Positions 38,267 through 54,854 of a DNA stretch of 64,000 bases are shown here, one piece after another. Position 1 is the first letter of the stretch. The number at the start of each line of letters is the position of its first letter. Made by a program: the position numbers and the translations under genes. The stretch is taken from contig CM022679.1 in NCBI GenBank assembly GCA_012295275.1, positions 28,954,001 to 29,018,000 of the forward strand. Reading direction: 5' to 3'. Origin of the DNA: Chrysomallon squamiferum (taxonomy: Eukaryota > Animalia > Mollusca). A model generated the notes under the pieces. That model was not told the origin of the DNA. It saw only the letters and a list, made by a program, of their open reading frames with translations, and made no database searches.

Positions 38267-38772
38267 GGATATAATAAATTTGATATAACATACCATTTAG
38301 TTAGCTTGGATTTTAAAATATTTTTGATTGACTTATTTTGTATTTTAGTTTGTTTGTAATTAGTTTACAACTACAAGTCGTAGAATAAAAATATTTTCTA
38401 AGATCTTGTTTTCAGTCTTATTTATTTATATATTTATTTTATTTTGTTTTATTTATATATTTATATATTTATTATGATTATTATTATTATTATTATCATT
38501 ATTATTTTTTAAAGTTTTCATCAATTTAATTTATCGTAATAAATTTACTGTAGTTCAGTTAAATATTTTACAGTTATTTAATTCATATAGAAAACTGCCA
38601 TCACTGATATTAAAATAAATGGATTAAATATATTATTTAGTTTGTGGCCTCTGAAATATGGGTTCTGTCCTTTGTGGGGCTGTGTTTGTGATACCTTTAC
38701 TGATCTGTTATTTATTATTTTTTATTTATTGTTATTCTTTGAATTTTACACCAAAGTGGACATCGAATTTAA

Positions 38773-38870
<98 letters not shown>

Positions 38871-41400
38871 TGTGTGTCTGTGTGTGTGTGAGTGTTTAGC
38901 TCCACAAAAGAATTGTGTTTCATTCACTTTGTGTTCGAGTTATATCAATCAAGTAAAATGTCAAAACAAAAATATCTGACTAAAAAAGGTTAACTGAAAC
39001 TACCATATATGAATTGAAATGTTCTTATCATTGTTATTATTATTATTTTTATTTATTTATTATTAATGTTATATTTTTTTGTAATTGACAAAATATATAT
39101 ATCTTGATCTTCATTTGTTAATTTTTAAAGTAGTTTACATACTTACTTTATTTATTTATTTATTTGTATTCATTCATTTATTAATTGTTTTTAAATTTTG
39201 GTATTGTTTTTTGTTTCTACATGTTATTTATTTTAGAAACCGTCTAAATTCACTTTCTATAATATCTCTAATTTAAAACATTTATAATTATGTTTTCGTG
39301 TTTTGGCCATCTCTTCCAAAATGAAAATACAGTACACAAATAAAATGGCGCCAATATCTGAGTATCAAATTTTGCTCTTTTTAAATAATAATAATAATAA
39401 TAATAATAATTTAATACACATTTCAGTTATAAATGTATTTGCCAGGTGATGGAGATAGTGATGATATATTTTTAATATTTCTAATTTAAATAAACTAATT
39501 AAGTTTTATTTCACCTTACTTCCTTGTTTGATTAATTAATAAAATTTGAATCTTAATACAAATAATTATTTTCTTGGTTTTGCAGCAAAACAAATAAACA
39601 AATAATATTTTAGTGGGTTATTATTTATTTTGTTTTTTTTTGCTTTTTGATTTTAAGAAACCTAGCCTTTCTTGTTGTTTGGGTTTTTTTTTTTTTTTTT
39701 TAAGGACCTGATAAATATATAAACAAAGTTATTTTTTTATTGTAATAATATTTTTCTTTTCTTATTTATTATTTAAGACAGTTTGTGGGAGAACAATAAC
39801 CTTTTTCTATCTTTTTACAGGTCTGTGCTTTTTTGTTTGTTAATCATATACTTTTAGTTTCTTCTTACAGATTTTTATATATTACCACTATCTCCATCAA
39901 AATTATTTATATTTATTTCAAATATATATATTTGTTTAATTTTTGTTTATGATTATTATTATTATTTGTAATATAAATAGCAGTAGTAACAGAAATCTCT
40001 GTAAACATTTTATTTAAATAAATAAAAAATGTATTATCAAACTCAGAATATACAAATAAATCTGGTCAGTTTAGAAGTTACTCTTTTGTTATCTAGTAAT
40101 TTTGTTTAAAAAAACAACAACATCAGCTTCATGTTTGGTCACAAATGCAATAAAATGTTAAGTTACTCATATTTTAATGGAATAATGAAGAATGGGATAA
40201 TGTAAAAATATATTTATTTATTGATAATATTTATTTACTTATTTTGAGAAACTAAGCAAGTAGCAAGTATTATTCGAAATTGAAAGTAGATATAATTACA
40301 ATTTTTGAGAAACTGTGACAAAGTTTTCTATGAAACTGAAAATAGGTATAATTACAACTTCTGAGAAACTAAGAAAGTATTCTTTGAAATTGAAACTGGC
40401 TTTTTTTTCTTTCTTCATATTTTTAAAACCATCTTGAAACTATTGAACAGATAATACTTCACATCCCAGTTAACTGAAATAATTAGTTTACTGCAAATAG
40501 GTGAGTATGGATGTTGTATTATAAAAATCTGTATTGTAAGGCTGGTTTAGATGTGGAATGTGAGCTGATTAATTACTGAGAGCCTGTAAAATAATTTAGA
40601 GTGGAATGTAAGTGATGATGTTTCATTCATATTGAAAAATAATTAAATTTAAGTTTATTCACTACATTTGTTATAATTTTGAGTTGAAGCAATTTTGGGG
40701 AATTCATTTCTTTATGTCATCAAAAACAAACATCCATTAGAATAATGAGCAAGCAAATTTGTTGTGGTTGAAAGTATTTATGACATTATTATAAAGAAGT
40801 GTTAAAAAACCCACTGAAAAACCATTAACTGAATTTACGATATTTAATAATTATTATTATTTAATTATTGTGTTACTTTTTTCTTGCATTTCATCTCGCA
40901 AAAAGGGGTAAAAGGTACGTGCATTTTTCTTAATTTATTGTCATACTTTATTTTTAGTAAAGTTTCTTAACAGATTGTTTTTGTAATATTTTTTTAATAT
41001 ATTGTCATACTTTATTTTTAGTAAAGTTTCTTAACAGATTGTTTTTGTAATATTTTTTTAATATATTGTCATACTTTATTTTTAGTAAAGTTTCTTAATA
41101 GTAAATTGTCATACTTTGTTTTCAGTAAAGTTTGTTGACGTGTCTTAACAACTTCTGTAAAACAGATGGCATGTTAATGGTCAGTTAGCTAAAAGCAAGT
41201 CTCCGGTAGAAATATAAAAAATAAATATATTTCTAGAACATAACTAAACCAGGCTTCTGGAGAAAATAAATAAATATATTTAGCTATTTTGAAAAAGAGT
41301 AGCCTCCTTTTTGGTAGTTATAAACTGACAAAGCTGATATTACATCCTCACTGTCAAATTGTTTCATTATTAAGTTACAGGTTAGACGGGTTTAACAGAT
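37771..41400 (+). repeat. ~3.6-kb inter-unit spacer, copy 1 (near-identical copy at ~46624-50011)
   Basis: Starts tgcaccagcgtatcagtg right after ...ccagtctcaca. Absent after unit 3 and before unit 1. Confidence 0.9.
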
Positions 41401-42039
41401 AATGTAAATATTGCGATATTTCTACCAGTGTTGCACAAAGCATCATACAGCTCCAGAGGTAATCATTTATTGTGTTTATTCCTCCGTCATTACATAAAAT
41501 ACTTCCATTAAACAGTTAACGTATTTACAAGGAAATAGAAGTGTTTTCAAGATATTTATGGATTTCTTTTCCGTTTACTGATATTATATTTATATTTACA
41601 TTTATATAATTTATTTGTGCTCTTGTTCTTAATCGAATTAATTTGAAGAAAAATAATGTATATGATATAATTATCAACCTATTATCAATTTAACTTAATA
41701 ATTTTAGGTGTTATTAATATGTTTGTAGAATTAAAATCGAAGAAATCAAAACATCGTTTTTAAAATAAAGCACCGCCCCGGAAATGCAGAAGTTATCTTT
41801 CTTTGATTTCTGAAACTGAAAGTAGGAAGTATTGCAAGAAATATTGTGGTTGCAGGTTGTTTCTTTTATAATTTATTTAATTTGTTGATTTGATTGTAGT
41901 TCTGGTGAGTAAATGTTATTACTACCACTACTAAAAAGCACACACACACACACACACAAAATAATAACAAAAAAAAAACCCAAAAAAGAGAAAATAATCA
42001 TTTAACATTTATGTGTTTTCAGGACGTCCTTATTTCAAG

Positions 42040-43162
42040 ATGGCGTCACATGTAGAACAACTGTGGGAAATAACAACTCAGTTATATTCCTCAAGAAACA
42101 CACACTCTGACGTCGTTATAGACGTTGAAAGAAGGAAACTATATTTCTACAAACAGCTTCTGTGTTTAGTGTCACCAGTGTTTGAATGCATGCTTCTCTC
42201 AGATTTCAAAGAAAAGCAAACACAGACAATCAGTCTGGAAGGGAAAAAAATTTCACATATTGCTATGTTACTGGCATGGATTGATCCAGCTTTCAACTGG
42301 AATTTACAAGGTATTTTAATTACAAAAACATGAAATAATAATTTATCTGGCTTTTGCTGAATTCATTTTAATAGCAGTTTTAGATGTTACTGCTAATTAT
42401 CAGCTATATTTTTATTTTGCAAATAAACTTATTATTATTATTATTATTTACAATAAAGTTTAAAGTTTAAATTATGTCTATATTTTTAGACCGAGTATTC
42501 AGATTGGGAAATTAAGTTATTTATGAAAAAAAGTCTTAAAATTAAACACTTCGAAATAGAATATATCGAGGCAAGTATGGAGGGCACTTGCTATCAGAGC
42601 CATAGTAAAATTCGGAGCCTGTATAAAACTTTCTCTAATAAATTAAACATTCAAGTGACATTTTAGAACCTGATCATTCTCACATCGTGAATATAAACAT
42701 AATTTTATTTATATATATTAATTATGTTATCTTATGTTATGTTATTTTATTATTTTATTTTTTCGCTATTTTTCTTCGATAGAAAATGATGCAGCAATTC
42801 TTTTGCCCTTAGCAGATGAGTATGACATTAAACGTCTTCTTAAATCCTGTGAGAAAATTCTCTTGTCTGTGCTTCCGTCATCTGGTGGTGAAAAGACTCT
42901 ACGATATCTTCAGATGGGTTGCAAGCATAACTTGGCAAATCTCCAGAAAGCAGCAAAGGATCGAGCTGCAGAACTGAGGCTACAGGATCTACTGTCAGAT
43001 AAAGAAATGTATAAATCCACAGATGATTCTGTAATGACAGAAATTTTGGAAAAGCAATTAGAAAGAACGGAATCTTGTAAGTTTACACTCGATATTTTAG
43101 TCAGTATAAATATTAATATAACAAATAGCAATAACAGGACCGGCGATAATAAAAATAAATAA
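42040..43162 (+). CDS. BTB/POZ module A copy 2
   Basis: MASHVEQLWEITTQLYSSRNTHSDVVIDVERRKLYFYKQLLCLVSPVFE...; same exon structure as copy 1, frame intact. Confidence 0.85.
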
Positions 43163-44765
43163 AATAAAATAAAATCTGAACATTCCTTGAGTAGAGTCAA
43201 ATTGATGAGAATCTGAGTATTAATGTATAATGCTATATGACCAAACTGACAAAGATTTGACATTAAACTGCCCGGGGCACTAAACACACATCTATAGATT
43301 TGTAGATAAAAGATGACATTTTCCCTTCCGCGTTCTTTATCCTGAATGTCCCTCTATATTGATCAGTCAGTGTTCTGTAGCTATTAATTTATCTATATAT
43401 TCGTTTTTCTTTTTATTATTATCAATTGTTGATATTTGTAATCTAGATATATCTTTATTATTTATTTTAAAAAGTGCTGTTTGTTTATTTTTGTGTGTCC
43501 ATGCGTGCTTATCTGTGTTTGACTTGTGTGCAATTGCATGTGTCCGTGTATTACATGGTTCATAGTTATTTATTATTTTTTTTATATATATACATTTTAT
43601 TTTATTTTATTTTATTTATTTATTTATATTTATTTATTTTTTTATTTTTTTATCATTATGATTATTATTTCTATTTTTTTTTTTTTTTTATAATGATTAT
43701 AAAATTTGGTTGCGCTGTTGCGGAATAAAGCCTTAATGAGCTTTCAGTGAAAGCCGAGTGTGTATTTGAATATCGAGTCACACCCAAAACACCTGTTAAA
43801 TCAATATATGTACAAGAATTACAAATAAATATTTCTATACTTCAATTAATATTTTCTGTACTTAAAAAGATACTCCAAATCTATTGAAAATTCACATATT
43901 TTCAATGTCTGTATCAAATACAGCCACGACGAAAAGAAACTTTACCTTTGTAAAATTGAAATTAAAGAACAGTTAAAAACAAATTAAAATTTAATCAATG
44001 TAAAACATGGAGAAACAGTGTGCAGAAACCATTCATATACCACGGATAGGAAGGAAAACACGAAAAGCTCGTGCCTAGTGGACAGCAGAAACTGAACGTG
44101 CAGCTAAAATATGAGAATGGTTTAGATGGTGTATCACATATCTGTATTATCCACGAAAACCATCACAGGAATGCCGCAAATGACTCGAGCAACGAGAGAG
44201 ATAGAGTGGATGTAATAAAGATGTTGTTTACGTTTTGCTGAAATTAACTTGACATGTCCTAATAAAACACCAGATTGTTGTCATGGATCACCATATTCGA
44301 TAACACCCACACCATCCAACGAGAGCTCATTCACGCCTTGAAAAGCCGATGTCTCCGTACATCACTTCACTGTCTCAGATGGAAGACATCTACGCATTTA
44401 AATGTTTTGCATATACTGAGGCAAGGGGCGGTCCTTCTTGTCATTAATCTGAGCTGATATTGAACTTGAATAATTCTTCCTTCGATCAACGTGTTTTCTA
44501 TGAAACTGAAAGTTTGAACACCAAATCACTTTGCCCATCGCAGACCTTATTATTAGAGGTCATACGACTGTAATTTTTAGTGCTTATTAAGTTGTCATAA
44601 CGATTTTTTCATATAGTTTTCTTCGTGCATAAATATTTTGTTATTTTTCAGCTAGAGTGATTTAAAATCATGGTAAAGTTTCTTTTTGCAGTGGGTATAT
44701 CTTAGTAACAACACGCTTTCTGCTGTATAATGGTAGTGATAAATGTGGGAATTTTGTTATTTAAG

Positions 44766-45250
44766 GTCAGGGACGCAGTGTAAGAAAGAAAGTGACGGTG
44801 AAACGTGCTGCTGAGGTAAAAACACCCTCCAGATACTGTACATCAACTGATCTCTCAGATGTCACCATCATCGTGGGAGAGAAGAAACTTTATTTCTTTA
44901 GCAGCGTCCTTAGACAGGTGTCACCCTATTTTTCTAGCATACTGGATGAAATGAATGGAAAGTTTGAAATATCACTGGACGAACACACCGAAGAAGTCGA
45001 GTCTAGCATTGAAGAAGAGGATAAGGATTCTCGCAGTCAAAAAAAGGATAAGGATTCTCGCAGTGAAGAAAAGGATAAGGATTCTCGCAGTGAAGAAGAG
45101 GATAAGGATTCTCGCAGTGAAGAAGAGGATAATGAATCAGACGACGAAGAGGACACAGAATATTTCAAGAATGTTTCGTTATTACTGGAATATCTGGATC
45201 CAAATATTGAAAGAAATATAAGAAGCGGTATGTTATGGATATTGTTATTG

Positions 45251-45331
<81 letters not shown>

Positions 45332-45929
45332 TAAAACAAACGATTCCATTATGAGTTTCTCTGATCAGATTAGATGTGACCTTTGACCAACGAGAAGAGC
45401 AGACGAAAGAATCACTGCTTGTAACTGAATAAAAGTACATTCGTATGTGGCGAAATCCTCATTGTCATTTGATCATTTCTATGATGTCATTTCACTAAAC
45501 AGCTAACTGAGTTATTAAATAAAATAAAAGTACTCTTCTTAAATGTTTCCTTTATAATCTTTCTTTACTTCTTCGTCTTTTAAATTTTTAATATTTTTTC
45601 TTTTTTCTTTCTTTCTTTCTTTATTTTCTTTTTCTTTTTCCCCAGTGAAAGGAGCTCTCGACTTGTTCTGTTTATCTTTAAAGTACGACATCCCAGTTTT
45701 ACACAGAATGTGTGAGACATTTCTCATGAAAAGCGATTCCTCGTTTAATGCAAACGAACTGATTTATTGCATTCTGCTGGCCGATAGAGGGCGGTGTTCG
45801 GATCTACTTACTTCTGCCATTAACAGATCAAATGAGTTTAACATCTCTGAATTAAAAAAGTCAAACTATTACAAAGAACTTGATGCAGATACACGCATCA
45901 AATTACTTGAATTCAAAGCAATGAACTGA
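44766..45929 (+). CDS. BTB/POZ module B copy 2, intact; exons 44766-45227 and 45646-45929
   Basis: In-frame splice RS-g|tg-KGALDLF, ending ...DADTRIKLLEFKAMN*. Confidence 0.8.
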
Positions 45930-46958
45930 ATATTAGTGATTCAAAGCAATGAACTGAATATTAGTGATTCAAAGCAATGAACAGAATATTAATGATTCGA
46001 AGCAGTGAACTGAATATGTTTGATTCAAACCAATGAATTGAATATTTGTTATTCAAAACAGTAAACTGAATATGTGTAATTCAAAGCAGTAAACTGAATA
46101 TGTGTGATTCAAAGCAGTAAATTGAATATATGATTCAAAGCAGTAAAGTGAACATTAGTGATTAAAAACAATGTAATTAATAGTTTACAGGAGTTTAGAA
46201 ATTTAATCTTAGTATTTTTTCATTCAGAAGAAGCAACAACAACAGAAAAGAAAGTGTGAAGTGCTGATCAGTGTTATACTTATATAATAATCAAGAAACA
46301 TTAATTCAGCTATGCAGCTATGATTTTTTATATTATCTTTGATTAGGTGGTGGCTGTAGTGTGCTTTAGTTTTGTTTGATAATTTAGAAAATACCGTCAT
46401 GTATATCTTAACGTTCTATCCGATGTACAGTAATTATATATAAATACGTTTTGATAGGTATAACAAATGCTTGTGATATTGGTTCTTCTTTTATTTGCTT
46501 TTGTACAATACGAAACTTTAACACCCAGCTTAGTAAAAAAACAAGTTTTTAAACTGTACGACAGTGTACGCTGGATTTCACTTCGTTAGCAGAACCGCAG
46601 CATCACTGGCATCCAGTCTCACATGCACCAGCGTATCAGTGAACAGCATTCAGTTGTCTTGTCACTTGCTTTTATCAAAATTAATCATGAGCATTAAAAT
46701 TAATCATGAGTATGAAAAAGTAGCGCAACCGACCCTAGCGGAAGAGAAACGTAATATTCTACCTACACGTTGGTTTAAATAAAACGAACTGATTGATCGG
46801 ACAAGGTCAACTTTAGTTAAATTCAAGATTTCAAGAACGTTAAGCGACGCGTGACTGTTACTCAGTTTAATTAGAGCAGCCAGACTGAGTCTGTTTTGTT
46901 GTGTATCGAAATGACTGTGCAGTTATTATTTTTATATGTACTGTGTTTTAATGTTAAC

Positions 46959-47032
<74 letters not shown>

Positions 47033-47497
47033 GGATATAATAAATTTGATATAATATACCATTTAGTTAGCTTGGATTTTAAAATATTTTTGATTGACTT
47101 ATTTTGTATTTTATTTTGTTTGTAATTAGTTTACAATCATAAGACGTAGAATAAAAATATTTTCTAAGATCTTGTTTTCAGTCTTATTTATTTTTTTAAA
47201 TATTTATTTTATTTTATTTTATTTATATAGTTATTATTATTTTTTAAGTTTTCATCAATTTAATTTATCGTAATAAATTTACTGTAGTTCAGTTAAATAT
47301 TTTACAGTTATTTAATTCATATAGAAAACTGATATTAAAATAAATGGATTAAATATGTTACTTAGTTTGTGGCCTCTGAAATATGGGTTCTGTTCTTTGT
47401 GGGGCTGTGTTTGTGATACCTTTACTGATCTGTTATTTATTATTTTATATTTATTGTTGTTCTTTCAATTTTACACGTCAATTGATATCGAATTTAA

Positions 47498-47600
<103 letters not shown>

Positions 47601-50379
47601 CTCCACATAAAGTTTGTGTTTCATTCACTTTGTGTTCGAGTTATATCAATCAAGTAAAATGTCAAAACTAAAATATCTGACTAAAAAAGGTTAACTGAAA
47701 GTACCATATATGAATTGAAATGTTGTTGTTGTCATCGTTGTTGTTATTATTTTATTTATTTATTGATTATTAATGTTATATTTTTTTGTAATTGACAAAA
47801 TATATATATATCTTGATCTTCATTTGTTAATTTTTAAAGTAGTTTACATACTTACTTTATTTATTTATTTATTTGTATTCATTCATTTATTAATTGTTTT
47901 TAAATTTTGGTATTGTTTTTTGTTTCTACATGTTATTTATTTTAGAAACCGTCTAAATTCACTTTCTATAATATCTCTAATTTAAAACATTTATAATTAT
48001 GTTTTCGTGTTTTGGCCAGCTCTTCCAAAATGAAAATACAGTACACAAATAAAATGGCGCCAATATCTGAGTATCAAATTTTGCTCTTTTTAAATAATAA
48101 TAATAATAATAATAATAATAATTTAATACACATTTCAGTTATAAATGTATTTGCCAGGTGATGGAGATAGTGATGATATATTTTTAATATTTCTAATTTA
48201 AATAAACTAATTAAGTTTTATTTCACCTTACTTCCTTGTTTGATTAATTAATAAAATTTGAATCTTAATACAAATAATTATTTTCTTGGTTTTGTTTTCT
48301 TTTAATAAACAAATAATATTTTAGTGGGTTATTATTTATTTTGTTTTTTTTTGCTTTTTGATTTTAAGAAACCTAGCCTTTCTTGTTGTTTTTTTTTTTT
48401 TTTTTTTTTTAAAGGACCTGATAAATATATAAACAAAGTTATTTTTTTATTGTAATAATATTTTTCTTTTCTTATTTATTATTTAAGACAGTTTGTGGGA
48501 GAACAATAACCTTTTTCTATCTTTTTACAGGTCTGTGCTTTTTGTTTGTTAATCATATACTTTTAGTTTCTTCTTACAGATTTTTATATATTACCACTAT
48601 CTCCATCAAAATTATTTATATTTATTTCAAATATATATATTTGTTTAATTTTTTTTTATGATTATTATTATTATTTGTAATATAAATAGCAGTAGTAACA
48701 GAAATCTCTGTAAACATTTTATTTAAATAAATAAAAAATGTATTATCAAACTCAGAATATACAAATAAATCTGGTCAGTTTAGAAGTTACTCTTTTGTTA
48801 TCTAGTAATTTTGTTTAAAAAAACAACAACATCAGCTTCATGTTTGGTCACAAATGCAATAAAATGTTAAGTTACTCATATTTTAATGGAATAATGAAGA
48901 ATGGGATAATGTAAAAATATATTTATTTATTGATAATATTTATTTACTTATTTTGAGAAACTAAGCAAGTAGCAAGTATTATTCGAAATTGAAAGTAGAT
49001 ATAATTACAATTTTTGAGAAACTGTGACCAAGTATTCTATGAAACTGAAAATAGGTATAATTACAACTTCTGAGAAACTAAGAAAGTATTCTTTGAAACT
49101 GAAACTGGCTTTTTCTTCTTTCTTCATATTTTTAAAACCATCTTGAAACTGTTGAACAGATAATACTTCACATCCCAGTTAACTGAAATAATTAGTTTAC
49201 TGCAGATAGGTGAGTATGGATGTTGTATTATAAAATTCTGTATTGTAAGGCTGGTTTAGATGTGGAACGTGAGCTGATTAATTACTGAGAGCCTGTAAAA
49301 TAATTTAGAGTGGAATGTAAGTGATGATGTTTCATTCATATTGAAAAATAATTAAATTTAAGTTTATTCACTACATTTGTTATAAATTTGACGTTGAAGC
49401 AATTTTGGGGAATTCATTTCTTTATTTCATCAAAAACAAACATCCATTAGGATAATGAGTAAGCAAATTTGTTGTGGTTGAAAGTATTTATGACATTATT
49501 ATAAAGAAGTGTTAAAAAACCCACTGAAAAAACATTAACTGAATTTACGATATTTAATAATTATTATTATTTAATTATTTTGTTACTTTTTTCTTGCATT
49601 TCATCTCGCAAAAAGGCGTAAAAGGTACGTGCATTTTTCTTAATATATTGTCGTACTTTATTTTTAGTAAAGTTTCTTAACAGATTGTTTTTGTAATATT
49701 TTTTTTAATATATTGTCATACTTTATTTTCAGTAAAGTTTGTTGACGTGTCTTAACAACTTCTGTAAAACAGATGGCATGTTAATGGTCAGTTAGCTAAA
49801 AGCAAGTCTCCGGTAGAAATATAAAAAATAAATATATTTCTAGAACATAACTAAACCAGGCTTCTGGAGAAAATAAATAAATGAAATATATTTAGCTATT
49901 TTGAAAAAGAGTAGCCTCCTTTTTGGTAGTTATAATCTGACATAGCTGATATTACATCCTCACTGTCAAATTGTTTCATTATTAAGTTACAGATTAGATG
50001 GTTTAACAGATAATGTAAATATTGCGATATTTCTACCAGTGTTGCACAAAGCATCATACAGCTCCAGAGGTAATCATTTATTGTGTTTATTCCTCCGTCA
50101 TTACATAAAATACTTCCATTAAACAGTTAACGTATTTACAAGGAAATAGAAGTGTTTTCAAGATATTTATGGATTTCTTTTCCGTTTACTGATATTATAT
50201 TTATATTTACATTTATATAATTTATTTGTGCTCTTGTTCTTAATCGAATTAATTTGAAGAAAAATAATGTATATGATATAATTATCAACCTATTATCAAT
50301 TTAACTTAATAATTTTAGGTGTTATTAATATGTTTGTAGAATTAAAATATTTCAATGTTAAATAATATTTTATCGTGAA

Positions 50380-50431
<52 letters not shown>

Positions 50432-50725
50432 TACATATCAGGCAAAACAAATTTCTCGAGTAAAAAGAATTAAAATTGAAGAAATCAAAACATCGTTTTT
50501 AAAATAAATCACTCTCCGGAAATGTAGAAGTTATCTTTCTTTGATTTCATAAACTGAAAGTAGGAAGTATTGCAAGAAATATCGTGGTTACAGATTGTTT
50601 CTTTTATAATTTGAGTTTGTTGATTTTATTGTAGTTCTGGTGAGTAAATGTTATTACGACCACTACTAAAAAGAAAAAAAGAAAAATAATTAGCATTTGT
50701 GTTTTCAGGACGTCCTTATTTCAAT

Positions 50726-51114
50726 ATGGCATCACATGTAGAACAAATGTGGGAAATAACAACTCAGTTATATTCGTCAAGAAACACACACTCTGACGTC
50801 GTTATAGAGGTTGAAAGAAAGAAACTATATTTCTACAAAGAGCTTCTGTGTTTAGTGTCACCAGTGTTTGAACGCATGCTTCTCTCAGATTTCAAAGAAA
50901 AGCAAACACAGACAATCAATCTGGTAGGGAAAAAAAATTCACATATTGCTATGTTACTGGCATGGATCGATCCTGCTTTCAAGTGGAATTTACAAGGTAT
51001 TTTAATTACAAAAACATGAAATAATAATTTATCTGGCTTTTGCTGAATTCATTTTAATAGCAGTTTTAGATGTTACTGCTAATTATCAGCTATATTTTTA
51101 TTTTGCAAATAAGC

Positions 51115-51182
<68 letters not shown>

Positions 51183-51921
51183 TACAATAAAGTTTAAAGG
51201 TGTCCATTATGTCTATATTTTTAGACAGAGTATTCAGAATGGGAAATAAAGTTATTTATGAAAAAAAGTCTTAAAATTAAACACTTCGAAATAGAATATA
51301 TCAAGGCAAGTATGGAGGGCTCTTGCTATCAGAGCCATAGTAAAAATCGGAGCCTGTATAAAATTTTCTCTAATAAATTAAACATTCAAATGACATTTTA
51401 GAACCTGACTACGCTCTGATCATTCTCACATCGTGAATATAAACATAATTTTTTATATATATTATATTATATTATATTATATTATATTATATTATATTAT
51501 ATTATATTATATATTTTTTTTTCTTTATTTTTCTTCGATAGAAAATGATGCAGCAATTCTGTTGCCCTTAGCAGATGAGTATGACATTAAACTTCTTCTT
51601 GAATCCTGTGAGGAAATTCTCTTGTCTGTGATTCCGTCATCTAGTGCTGAAAAAGCTCTACGATATCTTCAGATGGCTTGCAAGTATAACTTGACAAATC
51701 TCCAGAAAGCAGCAACGGATCGAGCTGCAGAACTGAGGCTACAGGATCTACTGTCAAATAAAGAACTGTATAAATCCACAGATAGTTCCGTATTGACAGA
51801 AATTTTGGAAAAGCAAGTTCAAAGAAAGGAATATCGTAAGTTTACATTCGATATTTTAGTCAGTATAAATATTAATATAACAAATAGCAATAACAGGACC
51901 GATGGTATTAAAAATAAATGA
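50726..51921 (+). CDS. BTB/POZ module A copy 3
   Basis: MASHVEQMWEITTQLYSSRNTHSDVVIEVERKKLYFYKELLCLVSPVFERM...; frame intact. Confidence 0.85.
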
Positions 51922-52059
51922 AATAAAATCTGAAAATTCCTTGAGTAGAATCAAATTGTTGAGAATCTGAGTATTAATGTGTAATGCTATGTGACCAAAC
52001 TGACAAAGATTTGTAGATAAAAGATACCAAACCAACGTGTCAAATGTTAACAATGATAG

Positions 52060-52097
<38 letters not shown>

Positions 52098-52189
52098 TTT
52101 TGTTTTATTTTATTTAATTTTTATATACAATTTATTTTATTTTATTTTTTTATTTCTTTAATTTTTTAATTTTATTATTATTTTTTTTA

Positions 52190-52238
<49 letters not shown>

Positions 52239-52793
52239 TTTTTTATAATGATTATAAAATTTGATTGCAATGTTGTGGAATAAAGCCTTAATAAGCTTTC
52301 AGGTAAAACAAAAATGTTCGATAACACCCACACCATCGAACGAGAGCTCATTCACGCGTTGAAAAGAGGATGTCTCCGTACATCACTTCACTGTCTCAGA
52401 CGGAAGACATCTTCTACGCATTGTAAATGTTTTGCATAGACTGAGGCAAGGGGCGGTCCTTCTTGTCATTAATCTGAGCTGATATTGAACTTGAATAATT
52501 CTTCCTTCGATCAACGTGTTTTCTATGAAACTGAACGTTTGAACACCAAATCACTTTGCCCATCTCAAACCTAATTATTATTTGAGGTGATACGACTGTA
52601 ATTTTTAGTGTTTATTAAGTTGTCATAACGATCTTTTCATATAGTTTTCTTCATGCATATATATTTTGTTAATTTTCAGCTAGAGTGATTTAAAATCATG
52701 GTAAAGTTTCTTTTTGCAGTGGGTATATCTTAGTAACAACACACTTTCTGCTGTATAATGGTAGTAATAAATGTGGGAATTTTGTTATTTAAG

Positions 52794-53942
<1,149 letters not shown>

Positions 53943-54854
53943 ATATAAGTGATTCGAAGCAATGAACTGAATATAAGTGATTCGAAGCAATGAATTGAAT
54001 ATTTGTGATTCAAACCAATGAACAGAATATTAATGATTCGAAGCAGTGAACTGAATATTAGTGATTCAAACCAATGAATTGAATATGTGTGATTCAAAGC
54101 AGTAAACTAAATATTAGTGATTCAAAGCAGTAAACTGAATATTAGTGATTAAAAACAATGTAATTAATAGTTTACAGGAGTTTGTAAATTTAATCTTAGT
54201 ATTTTTTCATTCAGAAGAAGCAACAACAACAGAAAAGAAAGTGTGAAGTGTTGATCAGTGTTATAATATATATATATATAATAATCAAGAAACATTAATT
54301 CAGCTATGCAGCTATGATTTTTTATATTATCTTTGATTAGGTGGTGGCTGTAGTGTGCTTTAGTTTTGTTTGATAATTTAGAAAATACCGTCATGTATAT
54401 CTTAACGTTCTATCGGATGTACAGTAACTATATATAAATACGTTTTCATAGTTATAACAAATGCTTGTGATATTGGTTCTTCTTTTATTTGCTTTTGTAC
54501 AATACGAAACTTTAACACCCAGCTTAGTAAAAAAACAAGTTTTTAGACTGTACGACAGTGTACGCTGGATTTTACTTCGTTAGCAGAACCGCAGGATCAC
54601 TGGCATCCAGTCTCACAGCACGAAGGCTGGTTTTTTGGGGGGGGGGTTTTGTAAAAAAAAATTCATTCTTTCTTAAATTATCAGGAAACGGTGGTATTAT
54701 TTTGTTTGGCCTTAGAGTGTTACTGTCGTATTTGTCATAAAGCAGAAAATGTAACATCTGCTGATCGTAGTACAAATGAACAGCCACTGGTGAACGTCAC
54801 TGGAAAAACAGACGTCGACTTGTCTCCGAAATAAACAGCTGGCGGGTGTTAAAC

